DNA of 64,000 bases from Botryllus schlosseri (Eukaryota): assembly GCA_051294905.1 (NCBI GenBank), contig CM119371.1:21082001-21146000 (forward strand). The letters run 5' to 3'. Below the pieces are notes generated by a model, which did no database searches, was not told the origin of the DNA, and worked only from the letters and a program-made list of their open reading frames with translations. A program made the position numbers and the translations under genes. Every line of letters starts with the position of its first letter. The first letter of the stretch is position 1. Shown piece by piece: positions 37,852-49,882 of this stretch.

Positions 37852-39912
37852 TCAAGGCGGTCGTTGACGGACGAAGGCGTTGAATCGAGCGGAGGTCGTT
37901 CGAATGCTGCGGAGCATCGCGGTGCTGTCGGTACAGTAGCGAGCGGAGTCGATATCGTAGTTGAAATCTTCTACAACGTCTGTAGCAAGTTTGTTGCCGT
38001 ATACGGCTGCGGCAAGCTGGAGTTTGCGGCTGCTCGGCATCTTTCGTTGTTGGGTATGGAAATGGATAGGTTTGGAAGGTCGTTTGGATGAAGAGAGCAA
38101 GTCAGGCGCACCGACTTGAGCGTACCGCCGAGGTAGGTACTCGTTGATTTTCTCTTTGTACTTTCGAAAGAACTCGGGTTCTTCCGCAAATGTAGTGCGT
38201 TGGTTTTTGAGGGACATCTTGGCAGCTTCTTTGTTGTAGGGCAGTTTGACAGTCTCCGTTTTCTTGAGCGGAAACACTTTGTGACGTATATTTGTTGTGT
38301 GCGGAGGCACAGAGTCTTCTACGTTGGCGTCAGAGTCTTCAGAATCATCGAGTTCAGCTTGCGTGTCGGCATCAGAGTTTCCAAAAATGTAGAGTTTGCC
38401 ATAACCAGGGACACAGCAAGTCGGACTGTCACTTACAGTAACAGGTATAATGTCTCTTTGTCCCTGCGGAGGGACTTCGTCGTTTGCAGGCAAGACCGGC
38501 TTAGTAGGGACATTCGAACTATGTGGAATGACCGTTCGGAATTGGGCTCTGGGAACAGCCCCGAAGAGTTTGATGGTTACATCAGTATCATGATTAGGAG
38601 AGTCGCATGGACTAGGTTTAGGGTTTGGAGAACTTGTCGGTGCGGGCGCCGGCCCATTAACGGGCCTCTGACCGACACCACTGCGTGGTGTGTCAGACGC
38701 AGGCGTGAGGCTTTCGAAAAGCTTGCGGGGATAAGATGTGGTTTCGGTTCGAGCGGAGTGCTTATTGATAGGATTTACATTTATGGGCTCAAGGACGCAC
38801 TCGGGTTCGTAGATAAAACTAAAAGTAGGTGCGACTTTATCGCAAGCATGAGAACTGTAATTGTTGTGCGCTAAGGGCACGAGATCAGCATTGAAATTGT
38901 CTGTACGACAATGATTTGCGAGTTTATCGCGAGAGCGAGAAGTGAGATCGTTGTGCCAGGTTGGCACATTACGAATAAGATCAGTGCGCGCATTCGGCAC
39001 ATTACGAATATAGGCGGATTGACCGCGCGAACGAGGAATAAGATCGTTGTGCCCGGTTGGCACACTACGAATATCGGCGGACTGACCGCGAGAACGAGGA
39101 ACGACATCGTTGTGCCCGGTTGGCACACTACGAATATCGGCGGATTGACCGCGAGAATGAGGAATGACATCGTTGTGCCCGGTTGGCACACTACGAATAT
39201 CGGCGGATTGACCGCGAGAACGAGGAATGACATCGTTGTGCCCGGTTGGCACACTACGAATATCGGCGGATTGACCGCGAGAACGAGGAATGACATCGTT
39301 GTGCCCGGTTGGCACGCTACGAATATCGGCGGATTGACCGCGAGAACGAGGAATGACATCGTTGTGCCCGGTTGGCACACTACGAATATCGGCGGATTGA
39401 CCGCGAGAACGAGGAATGACATCGTTGTGCCCGGTTGGCACACTACGAATATCGGCGGATTGACCGCGAGAACGAGGAATGACATCGTTGTGCCCGGTTG
39501 GCACGCTACGAATATCGGCGGATTGACCCCGAGAACGAGGAATGACATCGTTGTGCCCGGTTGGCACACTACGAATATCGGCGGATTGACCGCGAGAACG
39601 AGGAATGACATCGTTGTGCCCGGTTGGCACACTACGAATATCGGCGGATTGACCGCGAGAACGAGGAATGACATCGTTGTGCCCGGTTGGCACACTACGA
39701 ATATCGGCGGATTGACCGCGAGAACGAGGAATGACATCGTTGTGCCCGGTTGGCACACTACGAATATCGGCGGATTGACCGCGAGAACGAGGGTATATCA
39801 TTGTGCGCATTTGGCACGTAACGAATATCGGCGGATTGACCGCGAGAACGAGGAATAAGATCATTGTGCGCATTTGGCACGTAACGAATATCGGCGGATT
39901 GACCGCGAGCAC
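37852..39912 (-). pseudogene. Repeat-rich gag region fused in frame to BEL/Pao pol fragments (no RT core, no integrase core)
   Basis: LPYNKEAAK...FFRKYKEKINEYLPRRYAQV (pre-RT segment) joined to RKLQLAAAVYGNKLA...YCTDSTAMLRSI...RFNAFVRQR (Pao RNase H / Peptidase_A17 region); a PIILP..T.LIIRHY-like pre-integrase scrap at ~37690-37750. Confidence 0.8.
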
Positions 39913-40050
39913 GAGAAGCTATATCATTGTGCGCACTTGGCACGTAACGAATATCGGCGGATTGACCGCGAGAACGAGGAATGACATCGTTGTGCCCGGT
40001 CGGCACACTACGAATATCGGCGGATTGACCGCGAGCACGAGAAGGTATAT
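38935..40050 (-). repeat. 63-bp tandem array (~17-18 units) encoding IPRSRGQSADIRSVPTGHNDV
   Basis: Plus-strand unit CGTTGTGCCCGGTTGGCACACTACGAATATCGGCGGATTGACCGCGAGAACGAGGAATGACAT; near-identical in the centre, diverged at the edges, no spacers. Confidence 0.97.
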
Positions 40051-40720
40051 CATTAGATCTAAGGCCACTCTGGCGCTGCTGAGTGCTTTGAGAATACGAG
40101 GGAATGACCGGCCTCGAACCGGCTGTGAAACTATGCGAATAGATAGACTGGGAATGACATGGTATTGCTGATGCGGTTAACTGACGAGTGGTCGGTAACG
40201 GTTGGGTTATCGCCGGCTCAGAAACGAGCCTCTGCCCAGTACTGCGGACTGGTACAGATGCAGGTGTGTGCAAGGTAGTGAAAGTCATTGTTCGAGTAGT
40301 GGGCGAAGGTAAGGGTTCAGTACTCACAGTATTGTTTTTGTCAATCAGAGTGTTCGGCTTTTGTGATCCGAGAAAGCCCAAGCTTCGTAACATGGCTTCT
40401 TCTTTAATGGCAGCGTTCAATTTTTCAATAGCTTCCAGTTTTCTGAGCTTGAAATGTAATGCTGTTTTTGCAGCATCTTCTCTGAGTTTTAAAGCAGCAG
40501 CTGCGGCCTCTTCCTCAAGTTTGATTTTCCTAAGTTCCAGGGCAGCCTTGCGGTCTTTGGCTGCTTTTCTTGACGATCTGACGGAATGAAGACTCGGTGA
40601 TTTCTTCAAAGTTTGAGGTTTAATGCAATAGTGATTGATGGTGGAAATTCGGATGACGTCGTCGATATGCTGCTGCTTGCTTAACGCCTGTCGACCGGCA
40701 GCTTGCAGTGTTCGATCCAT
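39758..40720 (-). CDS. N-terminal gag-like ORF of the BEL element (Ser/Arg-rich then coiled coil), split from the downstream ORF by a frameshift
   Basis: ATG 35 nt after the 5' LTR; SLHSVRSSRKAAKDRKAALELRKIKLEEEAAAAALKL coiled coil; one 61-bp unit (2-nt deletion near 39790) breaks the frame. Confidence 0.7.
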   Translation of the reverse strand: MDRTLQAAGRQALSKQQHIDDVIRISTINHYCIKPQTLKKSPSLHSVRSSRKAAKDRKAALELRKIKLEEEAAAAALKLREDAAKTALHFKLRKLEAIEKLNAAIKEEAMLRSLGFLGSQKPNTLIDKNNTVSTEPLPSPTTRTMTFTTLHTPASVPVRSTGQRLVSEPAITQPLPTTRQLTASAIPCHSQSIYSHSFTAGSRPVIPSYSQSTQQRQSGLRSNDIPSRARGQSADIRSVPTGHNDVIPRSRGQSADIRYVPSAHNDIASRARGQSADIRYVPNAHNDLIPRSRGQSADIRYVPNAHNDIPSFSRSIRRYS

Positions 40721-40755
40721 ATCGATGTCAGTCAGCTCTCGTATTTTTTAACTTA

Positions 40756-41137
40756 TGTCCTTGTTATTGACACATTCAGTCCTTCACAGAACTGTTACAA
40801 CTCGACGGCGAGTTGGACTGGAGCAATCGCTGCGAGTAATGACTGACTGAGTTTAATTAACTGGCTAATAAGTCCGGACACAGTAAGTTTCCTCTTGTGT
40901 GTATTGTAGAATGTCGATCAAACAACCCAGACTATATCATACCGTTAAAAAATACGCTGGCAAATACTCTAAATGAGAAATTACATTAATTAGAGTCAGA
41001 TTCAGAGCGGCGTGGAAGCCCTGTTTACGGCACGATCGCTTTCGGAGAGAATGATTTGTGATCCAGTTTCTTCTCGCATGCGGCGAGGTGACTCGAGCGT
41101 AACGAACCATTGATACAGACAAAAATCCACCGTGACA
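40756..41137 (-). repeat. 5' LTR of the BEL/Pao element
   Basis: Direct repeat of 36965-37346. Confidence 0.95.
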
Positions 41138-41792
41138 AGGATCAAAGACGATCGTTTAACTGCGTTTTCCATAAATCTTCAAACGGCGGGCTGTATGTCT
41201 CCTGCTCCTGATATAAATCATGTGCTTTATGGCTGCGGTAAAAGCGTTTTCATACAAACCACATTCTGGGGCAAACATTCTCTCCGTTATTCGTTTGCCG
41301 TTAATCCATACTTCAAGTATTCTGGATTATACTGTCGTTTCGTCATGAGTAAAATATATCATGCTTACTACAATGGTAGCTCTAGTAGCCTAGTCAGCCA
41401 GTCTCGCCAGTTGCTTTGGTGTCTTTGTTGTAAATCTGGTGTAACTCAAAGACACCGATTTGAAATTGATGAACAGCTCAATTATTATATTTTGATCATA
41501 TATTTGCAGTCGTTTTAGCGCTGCAAAGGCCAACAAATCTTCAATTAAATACACATAATACAGCCAGCTCTTCGAGTAGTTATTTTAAAAGCACTCTGGT
41601 ACCCACTAGTGGTCGGCTTAGCACAGTTCTAATGGCATTGCGTCTGCTGGTGTATTTGTCGAGTAGATTGCAGAATTGACGCTTGCGCTCTCTTAAGTAC
41701 AATACCTTCGTACGAAATTCATTCACTGAATTTTCGCGCTCTGCTGCAACATTAACGAAGGCTATATTTCATCAATACATTCGGAATGTGAG

Positions 41793-43279
41793 CAATGTTC
41801 CCTCTAATTTTTCACGAGTCTGCGCAAACAGGTTAACTCACTGCGCAGGCTCCCTGGACAATAGTGCGAAACCAGCCCCCAACATAAGGTGATAAACTGA
41901 ACTTCTGGGGAGATTCGCCCCCCAGACTCCCCTATCGGACTCTGCGCTTTTTGCCAATACTTATCATCTACATCGGGGGCCGGTTGGGAGGTTGTCTCGC
42001 CTGAACGCGCGATGCGCGAAAATTTTATATGATTCATGATTGAATCGGTCAATATGATCGGGAATTGCATATATCTATTGCTATCCATTTTTATCCTCTC
42101 TCTGCTCACATAATCAGATTTACCGGTAAAGCTGATCGAGTGAGGTGTGTTAGAAAAGGTAGGTCCTCTAAATATTAATTAAACATCTTTGGGTGCACCC
42201 GTTGGTATAATGACTTCGTTACATGATGCTATTTCGTGACCTCCTATCGGCTATGTCAAAAGACATTGAAATCGCTCAAACGTACTAAACTAAAACACGA
42301 ACACGATTTAAAATTGGTATTTCTCTACTGGCAAATAATGTTCCCTCGACATGGCATTTGTCTTGTTGTGGGACTCGGATCGCCAGCACATAAACATTCA
42401 GCGCCAGCCATTTACGCGCCTATGGACAATTAAACTTATATGTATGAATCGAAGTTTTCGGTCAGCATATAGGGCAGTCCTTTTCGGCCAAGGTTTTCTC
42501 GCTGCTGATCGTTTTGGCGCACTTCTCGGTGTCGCATGTCACATAGCCTATAACTTCATATGTCTTGGTGCGTCGTGGCAAGGTAATGGCCGACGCCCAA
42601 GTGCCAATTTCTCATCACGCGTATTTTTTGTTGTGGGAAGGGTACCCAATAATCAAGATATTTGACAAAATTAATTCGCGCGCGGCGCGAAAAATATTTT
42701 GAAAAATTCCGAAAAAATACAGCATGATATGTGTTAATTCACGAAATAATTTTGGGCTTCCTTCGATCTCGGCCCCCTAATTGATGGTTTTGGGTGCGGC
42801 AGTTACGGTCCTGAGGAAATCTTACGCAATGTTCATGACACGCGAAGTAGACTATGCGCTAGTTTCTCGCAGATTAACTTCGAGCTAGCCCATTGTTATT
42901 TATAACTTTGTTAAACCATGTTATTTCGCCATACCCAGAAAATAATGCGCTAATCGCTCAAGCGTACGAGACCATACTAAAAAAAACATTTTTCGTTAGG
43001 CTCTCGTGATTGCAAAGTCTCATTTATTAACGGAGCGCAATATTTACCTTTGCACTTGTACCTCGGTGTAAGACTTCAGCGATAACACTATTTGCCCCTG
43101 GCAATGTTCCCTCTAATTTTTCACGAGTTTGCGCGCCTGCGTGGTCCCTTGGACAACAGTGCGCAACGACTTAAAAAAAACATCACATCGGATTTTTGTG
43201 CGCAACTTAGATTTTCTGTGCGCAGAGACCGCTTCAGCACTGCGCATTTGCGCACGTGTGCAGCTTAGAGAGAACATTG
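41793..43279. mobile_element. Non-autonomous hAT (Tip100-like ends) with a duplicated left end
   Basis: CAATGTTCCCTCTAA at 41793 and again at 43102; right TIR TTAGAGAGAACATTG ends at 43279; perfect 8-bp TSD AATGTGAG (41785-41792, 43280-43287). Confidence 0.85.
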
Positions 43280-43549
43280 AATGTGAGGCTCTGAGCTCAG
43301 TTTTATTCAGACACATTTATCCCGTTCGATACGGCCTCAGTGGTGAATGAATATCGCAATTGTATAATGCTGCGTCTATCCGTACTAGGAAATGCTACCA
43401 GTGTCGATTGCTCATATCGTTGCTTGGTTGCAGTCAGATTGGCATCATGTTTATTCAGTAGTGAATTCCGTTTTAAGTCTCATGCGATTGTGCAATTGTA
43501 ATAATATTGGAGTGTATACTGGTAAGAATTTTAGAACTACACTATAGAT

Positions 43550-44710
43550 CAGGGGCGGGCAACATACGGCCCGCGGGCTGGATCTGACCCGCGAAGGGAT
43601 TTTGTCCGGCCCGCGGACAGTTTTCCGTCTTACATGATAATGTGACCCGCGGCCCCAGTCTGCCTAGATTCCCCACTATTTGCTTAGTACGTCAACATTT
43701 AGTGACTGTATGTTATTATATAGGTGTATGCGCAGCGTGCGAGAGTGGAGCGTACGCTCGTCGAGGCGAGAAGACTTGCATTATCTGTGGCGAGATAGCG
43801 TAGGGGTATAATCCCCTGCTACAACATCAATGGGTTGTGGGTTCGAGTCCGACCGCGGTCGACTCCAGAATTCCTACCTAAGTGTTTGAGGTTTATCTAG
43901 GTTGCTCCTCGCCATCTCATCCGCGTAATCGGTGTCTTACAAAAAGCCTAGAAGTGGGCGGTGCTACAAGTCGGCAGATACGGAATCAAAAACAAGGAAT
44001 ATCGGGCTGGTTTAAATGACCACAGTAGTCAACGAACACCATAGGTACCACAAACAACCACAACTTGCATTATTGGTATTTACGATGTACTCAACCCTAA
44101 TGTCATTTGTTTTAATCGCGGTGTTTTTCGACTACAATGGCTATTTACACCAGGCTGATATTTCTTATCCTTAATTCCGTGACCGCCGACTAGTAGCACG
44201 GCACATTTCTATAGACTTTTGTAAGACACCGCTCATGCCAAGGGTCGCCAACTCAAAACGGGTCGAGGGCCACTTTTCAAATTTCGTAGAGGACGCGGGC
44301 ATGCATTCAATATCAAGATTAATTAGGCCATACAGTTGAACAACGGCGCTATCTCGTCACCTACTCAACCTTAATGAATTGATACCTTGGTAAATTTGGG
44401 GTACCGGTCTTAACGAACGCCTTGAAATCCTAATTGAGGATAGCACCGTGTGTTGATTGATCATATAGAAACATACACGGCGGAGCCTGTATGTCAATGC
44501 TATTCTCACATCCACATTGTCTTCGACATTATAGGCGAGAAATTGCTTTGAAGTGACATTGCTGTCGTTAAAATACATTAATTAAATACGATTCATTCCT
44601 TGTATATGTGGATTAAACGGGCGAATAATGTATCGATTTAGCGATCCGGCCCGCCAAGTATTTAATTTTCCTACATCCGGCCCGCCGACTGCAGAAGTAG
44701 CCCGCCCCTG
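43550..44710. mobile_element. Non-autonomous hAT-Charlie element hosting a SINE
   Basis: TIRs CAGGGGCGGGC, GGCCCGC subterminal motifs, TSD CTATAGAT/CTATAGAC (7/8). A related right end lies at ~21375-21441. Confidence 0.85.
43785..44062 (+). mobile_element. tRNA-derived SINE
   Basis: A-box-like head, B box GGTTCGAGTCC, CAA-rich tail, 11-bp TSD ACTTGCATTAT (43774-43784, 44063-44073). Confidence 0.85.
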
Positions 44711-44819
44711 CTATAGACTTTCCATGACGCTATAAGAATCAGCCACACGAGCGAATAGCACACGTGGGATTTTATCAAGGCATTCATGGTATATGGAAAT
44801 ACTGTACCTGTACCTGTAT

Positions 44820-44990
44820 CCGACAGGATAGCGTAATGGTGAAGCGGGTTCGATCCCAAGCCGGGACACACCAAAGATCCGAATAAAAACACTGATATCC
44901 ATGACCTCTCTGCTTGACGCTCTTGCATTACAGGGATAGCATTGGAGGCGGGTGCAAGACTTAGAAAGCCGTCAAAGGCTATATCTGCTC
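44820..44990 (+). mobile_element. Degraded tRNA-derived SINE, central domain reminiscent of MetaSINEs
   Basis: TAGCGTAATGG (A box), GGTTCGATCCC (B box), then CACACCAAAGA...CTCTGCTTGACGCTC..GCATTA.AGGGATAG. The Meta-domain likeness is from memory; the 3' end is uncertain. Confidence 0.5.
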
Positions 44991-45392
44991 CTCGCTTGTC
45001 CAGCGGCATATGCACGCATCGTGCACTCATGGTATGCATACGCACAGATCGTGTGTATGTGTATCGTGATACGTTGTATATGCCGCAAAAACATCAAGGA
45101 CAAAAATATACTACGTCCTTTCCGTATTGGTATCTCATCGATAAGTCGAAATCAATGCCTTCAGTGTGTGATCCAACTGTCATACTGGTAGTGGAAGATG
45201 ACCGTGGAGTAGATAGGTCTACAATTCACTCCAAGGCAGTATTACCAGGTATAAGCGAGGTAAACGGTGTCGTTATCAATTTCAATATTGAGAAAATGCT
45301 ATGGGTCATTGACCATACGATTTTAAATGCGAATAGCATCCTTGTGACGGCATTCACGAGCTATTCACTCAATTCACGCTATACCTGTGTAT

Positions 45393-47023
45393 TAGGGTTG
45401 TCCAAAATGTGGAAAATCTTACAAATCCTCCGTTGTAATGTCTTATTCTATAGATTATTGATAAAAAACGACACTGGGCCTAAAAGAAGCTCACAGGAAG
45501 GCCGTTAAGATTTCGTGCAAAGCGTTTGAAAGCAGCTGCCAAAGAATGGGCGTGCCACCGACCATCGAACGGCGAGAAGACTAGTAATCACGAAACCACG
45601 GCTCTTGATTGGCTGATCGGCTATGCTTCAATGACCACGACAGTAGCAGCTTGCTGATTATGTGATCAAGGAGTCTGCTACCGGCGGCGATTCTGAAAGC
45701 GCATTGTATGTAGGTTGACAGTTAATGATTTAGGATTGATTCAGGGTATGTTGAGGTACGAAATACATGATAAACAAACAGCTGCTTCACAAAAACGTCT
45801 AAAGCATGACTGCTTTATTGTGAAGGACACCGCCGTAGCCTAAATGCCTTGTTTTCATTGAGGGAAAGCATAGGTGCTTATGCAAGTGGCGACGGATTCC
45901 AAGTTTCAGAAAGGATCTATCATTATTGAATACAAATATAAAACTTAACAATGACACTACTTTGTCTGTGTGATCTTATTGGGCTCAGGTTGTAGTATAT
46001 AGTTGAAGTTTTGAAAGCCTCAAGGATCGGCTGAATCAGCGGGTTATGCTTGGCACTTATCAGATGCTTACATCAAATTGTGTTCACTTGCAAGTGTTGT
46101 CAAAGTCCTTAATGCTGATGCAGAAAAGGGTTGTAAAAGTAAGCACATACTATGCTGGATATGATATGTCAAAGTCCTTAATAATCGTGCAGAAAGGGAG
46201 TGTAAAGGTAAGCACAGACAATGATGCATAGTGCACAGGATCCAGCATAGTTTGTATATCATATCAAGCATAGTATGTGCTTACATTTACACCTCGTTTC
46301 TGCGGCATCATTAGTGACTTTGGAAACACTTACAAATGAATTCAATTTACTGTAAACATCTGATAAGTGCCAAGCTTAACTGTCTGATTCAGCCGATCCC
46401 TGGAGCATTCAAAACTGCAACACAACCTGAGCCCAATAAGATCACACAAACTATATTGTCATTGTTAAGCTTTATATTTGTATTCAATAATGATATATCC
46501 TTTCTGAAACTAGGAATCTGTCGCCAATTGGATAAACGCCAATGCTCTCCCTCGTTGAAAACAAGGCATATAGGCTACGGTGGTTTCCTTCACAATAAAG
46601 CGGCCATGCTTTGGACGTTTTTGTGAAGCAGCTGTTGTTTGTTCATCATGTATTTCGTACCTCAACATACCCTGAATCAATCGTAAATCATTATCTGTCA
46701 ACCTACATACAATGCGCTTTCAGAATCGCCACCGGTAGCAGACTCCTTGATCACCTAATCAACAAGCTGCTGCTTCCGTGGTCATTGAAGCATAGCCGAT
46801 TAGCCAATCAAGTGCCGTGGTTTCGTGATTACTAGTCTTCTCGCCGTTCGATGGTCGGTGGCACGCCCATTCTTTGGCAGCTACTTTCAAACGCTTTGCA
46901 CGAAATCTTAACGGCCTTCCTGAGAGCTTCTTTTAGGCCCAGTTTCGTTTTTCATCAATAATCTATAGAATAAGAAGTTACAACGAAGGATTTGTAAGAT
47001 TTTCCAAATTTTGGACAACCCTG
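45393..47023. mobile_element. 1.63-kb fold-back (almost fully palindromic) DNA element with hAT-like ends
   Basis: YAGGGTTGTCCAAAAT termini, ~770-bp imperfect inverted arms (45393 to ~46167 and ~46256 to 47023), ~90-bp centre, perfect 8-bp TSD CTGTGTAT (45385-45392, 47024-47031). Confidence 0.93.
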
Positions 47024-48880
47024 CTGTGTATGCCTGCACAGGTATTCGTTCTATATAGTGTTCTATTTACAGTCCTAACATATCCTCCTAAAATTTGTTT
47101 TATAACGCCCTAAACTTGGCTTCTAACTCAACTATCAGCGGCAAATATTTGCTTGCGAATTTTATGATCATCTACCACGTAGAGAAAAAACCATCAGGCC
47201 CTGTCCAGTCGCATGTTAGAACGGCTAGATGACGTCAGATTTGGATTGGATTAGGATTTGCGATAATATTCAAACGATGGTTAAATTTGAACTTTCGATG
47301 ATACATCGCGGTTCGACCGAAAAAGCGTGATCATGATCACGTCACGACGATTCTTAGATACGGAATAAATACCATGTCATGCTCTCTAGCTCATTTCCCC
47401 ATAACCACGAAAATATGTACGAATACAATGTGCGGCACGAAAACACCTGACAATAGCGACTTTCTGCCATCCGCATAACGGGTTGAACACCAAGTCAAAT
47501 CGAACATGAAACCAGCAGGCCATCTGTTACGTCAGAATGCTACAAATGACCAAACTGGTGACGTTCTAAATCAGATTGAAGTTTGATATTTTAATTCTCT
47601 TATCTGTTATCAAAGGACATTGTGACCTGATCGTTTGTCATATAACACGAGAATTAGGTAATCCTATCTCGAGTGAGCAAGAATTCATACGCTGTATTTC
47701 TGCATTCCGTGACAACGGTATCGTTCAATCCACTTCGGGTCTAAACGAAATTAGATATACATCGTATCTGTTAGAGTGGTTCCGACTGGAAAGCAGCACC
47801 GTGACGAAACATTTGACAACCCGTCAGCGAAGTAAGACAACAAAGGGCTCTTAGATTGTGTCAATATCGAACCATGATTTTGAATGTAATGTAAAAATGA
47901 GTTTTTCTTCGAACTAATGGCCGAGATCCGTTGCCTTACTTCGTTATCATCTTCCACATATCAAATATCGATATCAAATATGAAACTGAAACACCGATGT
48001 CGACAACATATTTGTCAATGACTTTACGCTAGGTGCGAGTGATGGCTGGTGATTCCCAAGCGTCACTGGATTGAAAAAGGGCGAAAAACTACGGGTGGAT
48101 ACTTTCACGACATCTTGTAAAAAAATGTGTTAATAGCAGCGCGGAAATTTCAGGTCTATTTTCAGCCAACAATCCGAACAGGTCATCAACAGATATCTCT
48201 GCCCAATTTCCATGTCACACATCTTTCGGTGCAAGCACCTGCCATCGTTTCTTACGATTCCATATTATTTAACATTTCTGGCTAATTTTTGTTAGATTTC
48301 GCTGCCGCGACTTGTCATAGTAAATTCCCATGTCCTATGCTTACATTGCTGAAAGAAAGAAAGAAAACAGGGATGCTCGCAGCAAAGTTGTTTGTCGTCG
48401 GAATTAGTTTTTCCGATATTTACCGCTGCAAAGAACGGTAGAAATTGAACCATGATCTCGCAAGGTCGAAGACTGTGGGACATATCTTTTGGTTATTAAA
48501 TTTATATCTGCATGGATGCTCTATCGACATGTCGTTTTCCTCCCTTACATTGCCTTTGGCATTTGTCGATTCTTTGAATTACTAATACCGTTACTAGGTC
48601 AAGTTTTTGTTGCACTAAAATCGCGAGAAAGTAGCATTGAATTTTACCAAAAGTAGAATTTATAATATTTGTTGAATTATTAGAGTATGAGATGCTCGAA
48701 ACGTTCCGTGGTATAACCTAGTACCTGTAGAGATGTCGAATTCGTTACCATGCCATTTAACGGTCTGACGAAACCGCCGAAAATTACATTTTCCCCGACA
48801 AAAATCAAGAAAATTACGCAATGCGGGAAAAATTTTCCCCAAAAGCCAAACAGCATAGCGATAACCACCTCCCCCTAAAG

Positions 48881-49330
48881 CAGGGGTTCTCAATCCGCGG
48901 CCTGCGGGCCGCATGCAGCTGGCAGACGGTTATTTTGCGGTCCGCGAGTCTTTCATTATGATCGCAATTACTACTGCCACCGTATTGTTACATATTATCT
49001 GTATTTCTAATTGCCAACTCATTCTTTGTTGTGTTCTAGCTTCTTGATATATGCCAGAGTTGATTGTTATTGTCTTAAATCGGTATTCGGCTGGACTCTT
49101 GTTCCAAGAGAATCCCGCTGTAGTGTAGTACACTTTAAAGAGTGATTCACTCACCGCGAATGGTTTGCAAAGAAACAAAGAACAAGGAACTGGGAATTAA
49201 ACAGCGAAAACTGGGTTTGTGATGTAGCTCTGCGTGGAAAAATGAATTTGCTTTCTCAGATATAAGTGGAAAACCGATGTGTCATATTTGTCGGAGAACA
49301 GTTGTCGTAATGAAGGGTAGAAGCCTAAAT
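48881..49330 (+). mobile_element. Left end and transposase N-terminal remnant of a hAT-Charlie/SPIN-like element
   Basis: CAGGGGTTCTCAA...GCGGGCCGCATGC end; WKNEFAFSDISGKPMCHICRRTVVVMK from 49235 resembles the GTF2IRD2/SPIN-type N-terminal zinc finger. Confidence 0.75.
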
Positions 49331-49882
49331 GATACCTCGGCGGTTTCTTCTGTATAGTTATACATATACATATCGCCTGATCTTAGAAAAAGTTACCAAC
49401 CAGGTGTCAAGCCTGAAATTTATATTTAGAGGCGTTGGTGAAATTGCGGAAGATGTTACAGAGACATTGTTCAAAATTGCTCGGTATATCGCGAAACCCA
49501 AGAAATATGCTAGAGAAGGTGGTATTTCATTAAAAATTTAACATACTGTGCGAATATTCGCCGTTTCCGAATATTTAGCAGCAAGGACAACATCCCCTGG
49601 CAAATTTTAAAGCTACAGTTATCAGATTCAACCGCGACCAGAAGAGTAGCAGCAATGTCACACGATCGTTTAACTCATGTTCTGAAACACGATGCCCCGT
49701 ATAGACTCACTCTAGCCACCCAGCAGCCACCCGACAGTCGTCGCGCATGTCCGCATTCATGTCGAAATACAAAGAATTTCTTCTAAATGAATACTAGCCA
49801 GCCTTCAGGATTACCGGACCGCGATCTAACATCGACCTCGGCCTCCGCCACATGCCACCTCATTTTGTCGCTTGTGTCTTAT

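Larger units (their letters stand above)
36965..41137 (-). mobile_element. Non-autonomous BEL/Pao LTR retrotransposon with internal deletions
   Basis: Two 382-bp TG...CA LTRs differing at about 3 positions, 5-bp TSD AGGAT (36960-36964, 41138-41142), GGGGGCGGCTA purine tract before the 3' LTR, BEL-type pol remnants. Confidence 0.93.

Noticed and set aside
38935..40050. CRISPR-like array (regular repeats with an internal hairpin)
   Set aside because: Units are head-to-tail with no unique spacers, lie inside a BEL gag ORF, and no cas genes are present.
44942..45508. 188-aa ORF as a host gene
   Set aside because: Non-ATG start, spans a SINE remnant and the left end of the fold-back element, and has no recognisable domain.
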